This document shows positions 1-11,465 of a stretch of DNA of 64,000 bases, piece by piece; within the stretch, counting starts at the first letter, position 1, and the number at the start of each line of letters is the position of its first letter. A model generated the notes under the pieces. That model worked only from the letters and a program-made list of their open reading frames with translations, made no database searches and was not told the DNA's origin. Both the position numbers and the translations under genes were made by a program. The DNA is from Channa argus (lineage: Eukaryota), in contig NC_090205.1 of NCBI RefSeq assembly GCF_033026475.1, forward strand, positions 5,909,544-5,973,543, read 5' to 3'.

Positions 1-3000
1 CTAAAGGAGGGCACATGAGTTTCTGCGCCGGCTCCAAATGTTGGCACTGCGTATAAATCATGAGCTGCAAAATAATAAGAGCTCATTCTGAAGGAGATTG
101 GACTGATACTTTAAAACAAGTTTCCCTTCGAATGTGCATAGACATCACATTTCAGACTTGATGAGTCTTGTGGTGGCTTCACAGATTCACTTCCCCCCCG
201 CCTCCCTTCTTGAGACAATATAAAGTATAAGCTGCATACTGAGCCGCATTTAGACTTCATTGATCCTTCTTACATAAGTAAAAATTGTGCAGTGTCATTG
301 CGTCGCTGCAGAGGAGATATTTCATAACGTCTTTGTCTGCCAAGGTTATTCTTCAATTTGACAAATCTACCTCTCTTACCCTGAGTCCAGTCCCACTAGT
401 TCTGTTATTCCACAGGAGATCCACTATTGTTCACTTCCATTTTACAGCTGATGCTGAAATGCTGTGATAAATGGTATAAATGGTGGAACCTTTGAACAAA
501 AATGACTAAGCAGTGGATTCACAGCCCCTTACACACAACAAATAGTGATATTCTCGTGGGCCACACTCTGTCACCCTGGTTTCACCAAATAGAAAAAAAC
601 ATTTTCGCATGTGCAGTGGCGACTTTATAATGAAAATGACAAAATCTCCAAAATAAAAGAACAGTGTTTTCTTGCTCATTTTTTCATGATAGCCCCTTAT
701 ACAATAAAGATTTAACTATGCATTCAGTTGTGGAGAAACAAAAACACCACTTACACTAATACAGCTCCTGTTGATGTACAATTATGTCCATCTTTTCTGT
801 GTTTGCTGGTATATTTTAGTTTCATCCGAAGATAATGTTGACGCTGAAAGCTTTTCAAAAATCTGATTCCAAAGCAAATCGAAAGCTCTCAAAGAGCAAA
901 GGCTTCATTCCTCATTCGACATGTTACATCAGTGCTAAATCACACACGGAGAACACAGTAAAAGAGGCAGAGTTGCCAATTTCTCCACCAGCAGCAGCCT
1001 TAATAGACATGAATGCTTTGAAACCACTGGCTGAATGTGTGTGTGAATTTCTCATCAATAGGTGAACCAACCCCTGCTTTGAAACCTTTTGTGTAAAGTG
1101 AAGAAACACAAAACCCCACTGCACTGTCTGCTCTGCACCATCACATCACTGATTAAAAAAAACAAAACAAAAACAAACAAAAAACATACTTTGCTTTTGC
1201 TATGGCAACATACATGACAGGAAATTAAAATGTCTGAAAAAATGAAACATAGCAGAGCAAACTGACCTCCAGTACAAAAAGATGAGTCCAAATTGTTCAT
1301 GCCAGCAGGTTACTCCAACCAACTGTGCCATCCTTTCTCCAAAATTCTATTTCTATACAACTAAACTGGTAAAGTGCAAACAGCAGTGTTTTCTGTTAAC
1401 ATAATGAAGATATGTTGATGTGATGTCATGTGAAATGTTTGAAAGGAGTAATTATAAATTAAGAGGGTTGTGATTATGTAAAACAAAACAAAAAATAAGA
1501 ACAAATTTTGAAAAACAAAGAGTGAATGTGTTGAATGCTTGCAAAAATTTAACAATATATTCAAGTTAAAAACATTGGTTAAAAGAGAAATTATATGTAA
1601 ATACAAAGATATTAATTTTTAATTGTTGTTGCTTTGGTTGCTAGAAATTAGCTAAGATGATGTATAGATTTGAGTAATGGAAAGTTTAGATGGAGTGGTA
1701 GAATGTTAAGCTAAGGCTTTGAACTACACCATTTTTTCTTCCCAAACTGAGATAAACTAAGTAACTAACTAACCAACTCACAAATATGATGCCAATAAAA
1801 ATGTTCCTGGACTAACAAATATTCCATCTTGCAGTTTGTCTGAATACAACATTATTAAACATGTTGATGGTTGTGTTGAAGCAATTAGGTTAAGATTACT
1901 AACCGTTTTAAAAAATTTGGTCCCTACACACCTGCCACAGAACTTAGTTGGTAAAAATCATTGAAAAGGTCCCAGTTAGTTCTCCGCTTATGATATGTCT
2001 AACGTTACTTACTCTTATACAAATCCTTCCCTACTTATTATAGAGGCACACATAGCAAGTTGAATAACTTATCAATGCAGAGGGGTCATTAATGCTGCTC
2101 GAAAAGTAAAGGACAAGAATGTATTCGTTGTCAAGACAAAGGTGAGTTCTTATTACGGTAGTTTACATTTCCTCTCGCTACTAAACGTGACAAGCCATTA
2201 GTGTTGGTGTCGGGTTGGTAAAGTTAACACAATATCTTTTGACATAAATATGATCAAAATGTTTTACCAGTGTCAGGTAAACCAATTCTTTAGCTTGAAT
2301 CACCCACCACTGACAGGCTGTGGCCCATTTAATGTGCTTGTCGGGCAGGGATGGTAAAAGTGTGTTCACATGTAGGTCTCATAGATCCATTTGTTAATAT
2401 CTGTAAACAAACTGGAGCAGATGATTTGGGGGTGCAGGCATATATGATTTAAACACACCAAAGTCCTGCTGGACTGACTGAAATGAGTCAAACCATCAGT
2501 GTACAGGTATCAAACAGCCATCAAACCATGGTCATCATCCACATTCAGCTAACCCGATAAACAGTCAGTCCTGCCCACTTATTTTTTACCCTTCGCTTGC
2601 AGACATCTCGTTGGTAGAACTTTGGCTGCCAACAATCTTTGCTCCTCTGCTTCCAGTTAAGTTAATTGGAAACTTTTCAATATGAACAACCTGAAAGGTT
2701 TCAGGGCGCTAGTAATTAAAATGCCACCTTAGGGTTGTCTCCACTGCTGCAATGCTAACAAAGCCTTTTTGGTTTTAGTCCTTCATAATGAAATCGTTCG
2801 TTCTTCTCGTGAAGCAGATACAAGAGATATAATCTGTTTTTCACCAAACATTAGTCCCCATTAGAGCAGACCTCACTCAGCTCAGGTGATATGAGAAGCT
2901 GGCAGCGTATTTTAAAGCAATAATTGCCACAACTTGCTTTCTTTTACTAAATGTAGCAAATAAAGTAATCAGAAATTAAACAAAATCATTAAATCAGAAC

Positions 3001-3249
3001 AGAACGATCTTCTGATTCCATTTAAACGGCGTACGAACGCAATAATGAAGTGACGAGGTGACATGACACAGTTAGGCAGTTGAGGCCAATCTCAAGCAAA
3101 GACGAATGTTAGTAAGAAATTGGAGCGGATGATGGGTCAGAGTTCCGACAGGAGGGCGGTGTTTGATTCCAGCGTCCAGGTGTTCTTGTACGTTTCCAGC
3201 TAATATTGTTACTAGTCACCAATATCAAGTAAATTTTAAATTGAAGTTT

Positions 3250-3478
3250 CAAATGGATCTGCATTTACGTTCAGATACAATAGATAAACCGGGTAATATA
3301 TTGACAACAACCCAAACCATCTTAAGTTTCACTTCTCTACGGTTTCATTATATGGTGAAAATACTGAGATGATTTGAAGATGAATTGAAGTTTCAAATCG
3401 TAATATAATGACAACAACCCAAACCATGATAAGTTTCACTTCTGTACGGTTTCATTATATGGTGAAAATACTGAGATT
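3250..3478 (+). repeat. Local tandem duplication (about 134-bp unit, 2 copies; the second copy carries an internal deletion of about 25 bp)
   Basis: attgaagtttcaaatggatc…tgacaacaacccaaaccatcttaagtttcacttctctacggtttcattatatggtgaaaatactgagat is repeated as attgaagtttcaaatcg…tgacaacaacccaaaccatgataagtttcacttctgtacggtttcattatatggtgaaaatactgagat. Confidence 0.85.
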
Positions 3479-4954
3479 TTTTTAATCATGCACTTATGAT
3501 GCAACGTTGGATGTTGTTTTGCCAGTGCTTGCCATCTTTGACGGCTATCAGTGATGTGCACATATACCCCTGTGTATCCTAATGCAGAGGAAAATAAACA
3601 GTGAAAGCTGTGAGGACATGGGCAGCCTAATCTAACAGAGCAGCTCGGTCTTAATGCAGAAATCCATCGATGTACTGAGGGGTTTTGTTTGTTGAACATT
3701 ATGCCATGTTTCACGTCCTTTGAACACGATGATCAATTGTTGACATCATGCAACACAGTAAATTAAGCATGAACAATCTGATGCATGAATTAAGTCATTT
3801 TAAGACACATTGTGCGCTTCCTGCCAGGACCTGCAGACCAGCAGTTTGGCTGGGTATGTATGTAAAACACTCATGAAGCTCGCCCCCTCCCCGATCAAAT
3901 GAAGATTTATCGAGTGGCTCAGTGATATCCTGGGATATAAATCATCAGCACAGAGCAGACAGATGTGGCAGGTCATTTCCTGCCAACAATAGTGCTGTTT
4001 TCACCCATCGTATGTGTTTATATCAACCTTTCTGCCACCTCCCTGTTAGCAAGTGGAGATAAAAATACAACTCTCAACATATTTTTTAAATGATATTCGT
4101 TGTTGTATGGAAATGTTTTGCCTTAAAGCAAACAAGAACACACTTTAGATAAACATCCATGTAATTATTTGCTGTTATTAGATTTGAAAGTTTTCTTTGC
4201 ATAAAGTCAAACTGCTATTGCAGTTATGTTATTGCAGAATTGACTCTGGAGTCATTTGTAGTCTGTACAACTCTAAATTCCATCTATTATTGGAGTTTTC
4301 TGAGCTGCTGGATAAATGTGCTCTAAAAAGATATTTTTTAATTCAAATGACTCCAAAAACAATCAGCATTAATGCATGTTTTAATTGCTTATAGCAGCTA
4401 TTAGGAAAACCATTTCAAAATAAATTATTGTTTAATGAATTAATGAATGATGAAAAAATGACTCAGGTCTCAGGGTCTTTTGGAAACATTCCTGAGGATT
4501 CTGATCCATGTTGATATGATTGCATCAGATAATTTGTGCTGATTTGTCAGCTGCACAGTCGTGCTGCAAATCTTCCAGTCAGGTGTAGCTGCACTTCGAC
4601 ACAATCTGTCAGGGTGTAAAACCAACTTGTTTCAAAGGTGATGCACCTGCAGACATAATTGAGCGTTAAATCGTCTAGCAGCAGCGTTAAGAGCGTCTAC
4701 AGATAAATTCTACCAATGCTAAATAGAGACAAGAGAGGATTTAGTTTGGTAATGACTGGCATATCAGTGTAGATTTAGAAAAGTAGCTCACAGTTCCTCA
4801 GGATATGGCAAGCACTTATCTAAGACTTAATCTTGTGTTTTGGTCAGAAGCACAGTGATGGCCGGCAGCTAGTTTCAGTAAAAGGCTGTGAGTTAGAAGA
4901 AGTAAGTGCTCATGTGTTTGTTGATTATGCCTGTTAAGATGAGGCAGGACAGGA

Positions 4955-5205
4955 GGACTGGTAGCTTGGTAGACCCTGGGACATTTGAATACACAGTTAA
5001 CTCAACAAAACGGACCCTGGAGACTGGCCCGCATTCACACGCTCACCACTTACCGCTCACAGGGTCAGTGGTTCGACTCCCGGTCAGCCTGGCTACATGT
5101 TAATGTGTCCCAGGGCATGGCCCTGAATCCCACAGTTGCCTTTGATATTTGCTACTTGGTTGTAAGTTGCTTGGATAAAAGTGTCTGCTAAATGACTAAT
5201 TTACA
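4955..5205 (+). mobile_element. tRNA-derived SINE copy (teleost SINE with conserved tail)
   Basis: It has a tRNA-like head with a B box (ggttcgactcccggtcagcc). Its tail, …ttgtaagttgcttggataaaagtgtctgctaaatgactaat, matches the widely conserved teleost SINE 3' tail (gtaagtcgctttggataaaagcgtctgctaaatgac). Confidence 0.75.
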
Positions 5206-5269
5206 TTGCCATCATTTGTTGGAAGACAACTAATTCTTTCAAAGGTGTATTGGAGAGATTGTGGCGACA

Positions 5270-6060
5270 TTGATAGTCGTTGGTGTTTCACTGCAACTTC
5301 ACCAGAGCAAATGTGCTACAGATGTGAGGTTTGGCCGTGCTGCCACGAACCTTCTCTTTGCTTTGGGTGAGGTGCACGTGGGAAAGTACAAATAGAAACA
5401 TTTGTTGGATCTATGCAGTGGGCTGTAGCATGGAGATGAACCTGCCACCCAAAGAATCCTTCCACCTGTCTTGTACGATGCACTTCTACATTATTATTTG
5501 ACACAACGTTTGAGGTTCCAAACGAGTGGACACCCAATTTGTGGCATGTTGTACTGCGTTCAGAAATGGTGACCGTGGAGGCCATTGAAATGCACGGAGC
5601 TCATTGTCAAAACAGATTGAAATGGCTTTTGCAACATGGTGCTTTATCTTGCTGGAAGTAGCCATTAGGCGATGGCCATAAAGGAATCCACAAGGTCAGC
5701 AACAATACTCAGATAGGCATTCAGACAATAATTGATTGGTGATAAGTGTCTCAAAGTGTCCCAACGAAACAATTCCCACACCTTTACACCATAACCATCA
5801 GCCTGGACTATTGATAAAGGGCATGATGGGTTTGTGCTGTTGACATCAAATTCGAAACCTGTTTGTCTCAGCAGAAACCAACTTTCATCAGATCACATCA
5901 CTTTTTCCAGTCTTCAGTTGTTAGTTTTGGTGAGCTTTGCCTCTGTGTACCCGCCACATTCCGAACTGGTCTTTTACTGTTGTCGTCCATGATTCTCAGT
6001 GTGTTTTTAATTCTGTATGAGAGTTATCAAAGTCTCAAACCATCTGACTGTTCTCGTCCA
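5270..6060 (-). mobile_element. Tc1/mariner-like DNA transposon remnant (degenerate transposase with DDE domain, frameshifts and stops)
   Basis: The minus-strand translation gives …EDWKKVMWSDESWFLLRQTGFEFDVN…QADGYGVKVWELFRWDTLRHLSPI…LNAYLSIVADLVDSFMAIA*WLLPAR*STMLQKPFQSV…. This matches the Tc1-family consensus …EDWKKVLWSDETKIELFG…GGGSIMVWGCF…LNATAYLSIVADHVHPFMATVYPSSDGYFQQDNAPCHKAQIISNWF. It is interrupted by stops and frameshifts, so it is non-functional. Confidence 0.7.
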
Positions 6061-6807
6061 TCTTTCTAATTTATCCATAAGGCTAACTGAGGCTAAGGAG
6101 ATGCAATGTTGTCAGACTTGAGCCAGTAACCATAGGCAGTTAAATTCGCTGCTTAGAGGGTCCTTGGTCAAGACAGTAAAAACCCCAAACCCCTAAAAGC
6201 CCCTAAACTTTTATTTATTTATTTTTTTGCACCATTATGAGTAAACTCCCCAAATCCTGGAAATCCTCAAAGGAGCCTGTCTGGCACATGGTTGGAAGCT
6301 GCATAAGTACACGCATGCACAGGTGCACCTGTAATCATATTGTAGCGCTCGGTGAAATGACTGATGTTGACATTTGTCTCAGAAGGACAGTGTTGTTTGT
6401 GTAAAATGCTGCATGTAAAAATTATTAAAGTTAGCTCTGTGTGAGATGCAGCGGAGACTGTGAAGTGTCTCCCTGCAGTCGGAGACAAATGGCTCCACTC
6501 CATCACAGCCCCAAGCATCGGCAGCTGCTCAAATGTCAATCTTTATGGCACTCCGCGGCAGAAAACGACAAAATGTAAATGTCATCTTCATAAAAAATAG
6601 CCTACATTGCACGGGAATAATTAAATAGGAAATCGTGGTGACCCACGTCTTAAGCAAATATTGCCTGTGTGCAGACTAATTAAAATGTTTCACAGTAGAG
6701 ATGAATGAACTCATCGAGAGATCAGCCTCCTAATCATAGTTATAAAACTGCCTGAATAACTATGCATTTTGTTCCAAATTGTTCATATTTGTTATCATTC
6801 TTACACC

Positions 6808-6836
6808 CCCCACCCCCCCCCCCACCCTCTCTCTCC

Positions 6837-6879
<43 letters not shown>

Positions 6880-6893
6880 ACATTGCATCCAAT
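6808..6893. repeat. Compound microsatellite (C)n-(CT)n-(CA)n
   Basis: cccccacccccccccccaccctctctctccctctctctctcacacacacacacacacacacacacagacacaca. Confidence 0.95.
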
Positions 6894-9750
6894 CACACTA
6901 CCTCTTCCATCGAACCACCACATCTGTCCTGACAAGCAGGTGATAATTTAATTCAAGTGAGAGGATAATTGAATTTAAGAGAGCAAGTAAAGCATATCAA
7001 TGAACTAATCTGATCTTTTTTCAGTTCATTAAGAAATTGCCCGCCCATGCTAGCAGCAGCCTTCCTCCAAGACTTGTAGCGTCGGTTTCATCACATGTAA
7101 AGGGTTCAATTCGGCAAAAAGAATGGACACTAGGAATAACACGAAGTAAATTATTTGGAGTCTATGTCAGCAACTGGTTTGCATCATTGTGCATTGACCT
7201 TGTTGTCGTACACATGATTTCAGTTTTAAATCCAATTTGTTTCCGTGCTAATGACATTTGTGCTGAAATTATACTAATTGTAGTTTATAAATTGCGATTA
7301 ATTGCTGTGCATGAGTCAAATTCATCCCTGCAGAGGTTTTACCCGAAGCTGCTTCCACATCTGCTTTCGCTGACTTATAAAGTATAATTTCAGTTTTGGA
7401 TACCCTCCAAAATGTGGGAAGTGAAAATTAAAGAAGGCAGACAGAATGATAGCATGGTTGATGTTATCTCAGGCAGGGAATAAATATGGCGCAGCACAGA
7501 GGATAAGACCTTCACAGTTGTGTTCAGATGGAGACTCTTACTCAGATTGCTTCCTGCCTAAATTTTTATTGATCTCTTCCTTCAGCAAAGAGGTCACGCT
7601 GTTACCGCCTTACTGTGCATCGGCGCTGTAGCCACCATTTAGCACACTGATAGCTGTTTTATCTTTTGCTGGGAATATGATGACCTGCTTAGTTTTCCAC
7701 TATAGGGCAGGCACCATATTGTTGACCTAAGGGAAATCAAAATGTGCTTGAATGTGCTCAAATAGATAAATATAGTGATATACAAGCATCCACACCTTTT
7801 TTTTTTACCTGAATAAATGCCAAGTAGAGAAGATAAACTTCCTAAGACACTGCAGTTGAACGGTAGTTTTAGCAACATTTTGTTACCATTTCTGTCTCCG
7901 TGTTAAACTAATCTGCTGCTGCCACTATTCATACTTTACGGGGCAGATGTAAGAGATGTATCAGTTTTCCCACTGAACTCATGAAATATCAATCTGTTTC
8001 TTCAAATTTATGGAGCTTGCAGAGGATTTTCCTGTTTGTGGCTGCAATTTTTCAGCAGGACAACAAGTGAGCAATTAAGCTTTAGTCCTAGTAAGTAAAA
8101 TGAACGAATAAAAGCTTTTTCTTTTCACGGCACAGCACAAAAGAACAAATTTGCATTTGTATTTGGTACTGTTGCTGTTGTGTACATCACCCTTTGCTAA
8201 TTATAGAAAAACAGCTAATAGCGAATGAAACACTAATATTAAATGTGAGAGTTCAATCTTAACCTGATTGATTTTTAATTTCCCATTGCCAAACTGTGCT
8301 CTACTTCCACAAGAAACAATGCACCTCACATGTTGTGTCCAGAGACATTCGTTTTGCCCCGTTTACTTTTAGACACATTTTACAGCGGTGCATTTTAAAT
8401 GTGCTTAAATTTCTGCAGAGCAACAGTAACTTTTGTTGACTGCTAAGTGAATGAGGGAATGAGAAGTGAATGTCTTTTATCGACTGACTGACTAAATCGA
8501 TACTTGTAGATTGTGCATGTGTGAGATGAGGTGTGCAGCAAATAGACTAGTATCTTCAGGGTCCTTGGGTTCCTGAGGTGGAAAACTGTTTCCTTAAGTG
8601 TCTAGCAGTCACTATGTGTCATTTCCTATAATATTTTTCAAGTGTTTTTTTTTTTTGCTCTGACAGCAGGTGGGAGTCTGCCGCAGAACAAAGCTTCTGA
8701 CTGACCGGTGGGTGTTCAGTATGCATGCTGGAGAAAGCCACTGTTGACGTTTCAATCACTTTCACTTTGTCCTGCGGAGCAGAAAGTGGTTGTCAAGGGG
8801 ACAAAGCCAAAGAGATGGAGGAGGAGGAATGAGACAGAAGAGGAGCAAAGAGCAAATTGTGAGATGGAAGCTAAGCTACAATTTAATCATAGTAATAATT
8901 ACAGTATTATTGTTTCCTTTTAAAGCGTAATTCATGCATTGAATTCAGTTTAAAGTGTTCAACACACGAGCGAATAATGAAGAAGCACATGACACATGAT
9001 ACCATGTTAGGCATTGTGAAGTTAAAGGGCATGTACATGTTTTTATTTGTCACAAAGGTCAAGTCTCTATATGAACATTGAAACTGTTTTTCACCTGCTG
9101 TGATCAGTCACACGTTCACACGGGTCAATAGGAAATCTTCACCTAACACAGCTGTGGTTCAAGTGTGAAAAAAGTCCACAGTTATTCTTTTGTGCAAAAG
9201 GTTATTTCAGAATGTTTCTACATTACCGTGAGGCGTCCGCTGGATCTTGGTTTAGATGAAATGGAGAATTCCAGCAACACAAATTCAGTTGAATTTACAG
9301 CAACAATCCGAGACCAAAATAAGATGAAAGAAGTCATACGCTCATTATATCATTTCAGAGTATACGGATGAATTAATATCCACCACTGGGGTGAACGTGG
9401 CTGATGGGTTGACACGCTGACCAGTCCACAGCTATGCAGCACCGTGATGCAGTGTGTGTTTTTATACCTCTGCATCATCTCCAGCATTTAATATTTCCCA
9501 TGTTGTCTTCTCTCCAACATAACATTAAAACCACAAGCTTGTGTTAATGCTGTAGCAGGTGAACTGGTGAAAAATTCTGAGCGTTGTTAGAACTTTTAAG
9601 CTTTATGTAAGAGTAACAAATCAATCCTCAAAAAGATACTTGAAGTCAGTGGAGCTTGTCCAAAACCCCCCTGACATGTTCCCTTTTTTTGTTGTTTTCG
9701 TTCGAAATCCAGCAGCAGAGTTGTGAATCAACCGAAAGCTGTCAAGAGTT

Positions 9751-9782
9751 TTTTTTTTTTTTTTTTTTTTTGAAGTCCTGCG
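9751..9782. repeat. Poly(T) mononucleotide run (about 30 nt)
   Basis: gagttttttttttttttttttttttttttttgaag. Confidence 0.95.
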
Positions 9783-11204
9783 AATGAATAATGCATTACA
9801 TTAGTCTGCCTGAAATTAAGGCACGGATTTGTTTTTCTGCATCATTACGGGTCAGGAAAGACTGACCTTTGGCAATGTTTCTCAAAGGAAATGACGCTGT
9901 TTTTGTAACCCTGCTGATGTGGGTCAGAATCCAAAATGACCCCTAAACTCTGTAGCTTGCATTTGATCTGACAGACAGATTGCCTGACTTATGGGAGAGT
10001 GCATAGCGATTCGCTGGTAGGGCCAAGTAAAATAATTTCCTGTTTGTTTTCTTCTAGCTTCAAATCCCTATACGATAAGTGGGCCATATGTAGTCTCAAC
10101 TATCAATAGTAATTTGTCAGCCTGCTTCGGCCAGTATGCTAGCAGCTTGCTCTTTGTTAGCAGAAATAAATTATCTGTCTCAATTAGTCCGAAAGATGAG
10201 TAGCAAATGTTTGAGCTTCCTGAAATCCTCAACAATGTTGGGGATGTTTTATAATAACAGTAAAGGTTTACAGACAATTCACCAGTAACACGAATCTGTG
10301 TGCTGAAGATCACAGCCAATCCATCCAATGACAGGAGAGACGTTTTCATTTTATTTAGTGCACACATGCTATTTTTAATACAATCCTAATTACCAGTGGG
10401 TTATGTGTTTCTAAACAATTCAACAGTTTAAAAAAGTAATATTCCACTGGTTTCCAACCTGGGAGGCCCTGACCTCACTAGGAGTCACTGAAGCTTTGCA
10501 AAGTAAAAGTCGTAAGGTTGTTAAAAAACCTTTGTTTAAGAAAATACAGTAAAATAGACCTGTATCTCATCATTTTGATGTTTTCTGTGAGGAACAGTAT
10601 ATAAAACCGTTACTTTTACATGTGAAATATTGTTTAAGACACAAAAATCACACAGTACGAGGACAGAATGAGAACCGCTGCCCTAAATGACACTGACTCG
10701 TGACATTTCCATGTTAGACCCCTGACTAAGTGGCCTAATAAACACAATAGTGTTTTTTTTATCAAGACAACCGGAGCTTGTCTACAGACCCGTCTTGGCC
10801 CCAATCAGCAGCAACATTGACATTTCACAGTAAAATTGAAACAGCCACTGCAGCATCTACGTATATGTATGTCTATCTATCTACTTTATATCCATGGAAT
10901 GACTCCCGCCGACCCTCGTCACACAAACAGCACAATAGTTTGAGTTGGTCATTCTATATAATGTAGGTACATGTAGTGTGTTGATCATAATGTTGCAGAT
11001 CTTGTAGCTAATACTAAAAGCTGATTTGCACAATATAGGGATGTAAATGCAAATTACTTTTAGTAGTTGTTGTTTTTTTCTAGTTGAATTGTTTAACAGT
11101 GTTCAAATTATATTTATAAAATGTGATGTATTTCTTTCTTCTACTTTTACAGTCTTTTTTACACAAGGTGTGAACTTCTCCCACCTCTGTCCACAAATGA
11201 CTGC

Positions 11205-11465
11205 TGCCAGACTTGGCTCATCAATGTTATTTCAGAGGCTGAAAATGGTCTGCACTTACGGTATACAGCACTTTACCACCTTGCCTGTACCCAAAGTGCT
11301 TTATTCACCCATTCACATGTATTCACGCTGATGGTGGCAGCTGGCATGTGAGCTTGACCCACCAGGGGCAAGTTCGGGTTCAGTGGAGAGGGGGAGTTGG
11401 AGATCTAACAGGATTTTTGAGTGACCTCTCTACCTGCTGAGCCACAGCTGCTCCAGTGTCGTTCT
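11205..11465 (-). mobile_element. tRNA-derived SINE copy (minus orientation)
   Basis: The reverse complement begins ggagcagctgtggctcagcaggtagagaggtcactcaaaaatcctg… (a tRNA A-box-like head). It carries the conserved body …gtgaatgggtgaataaagcactttgggtacaggcaaggtggtaaagtgctgtataccgtaagtgcagaccattt. Confidence 0.7.
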
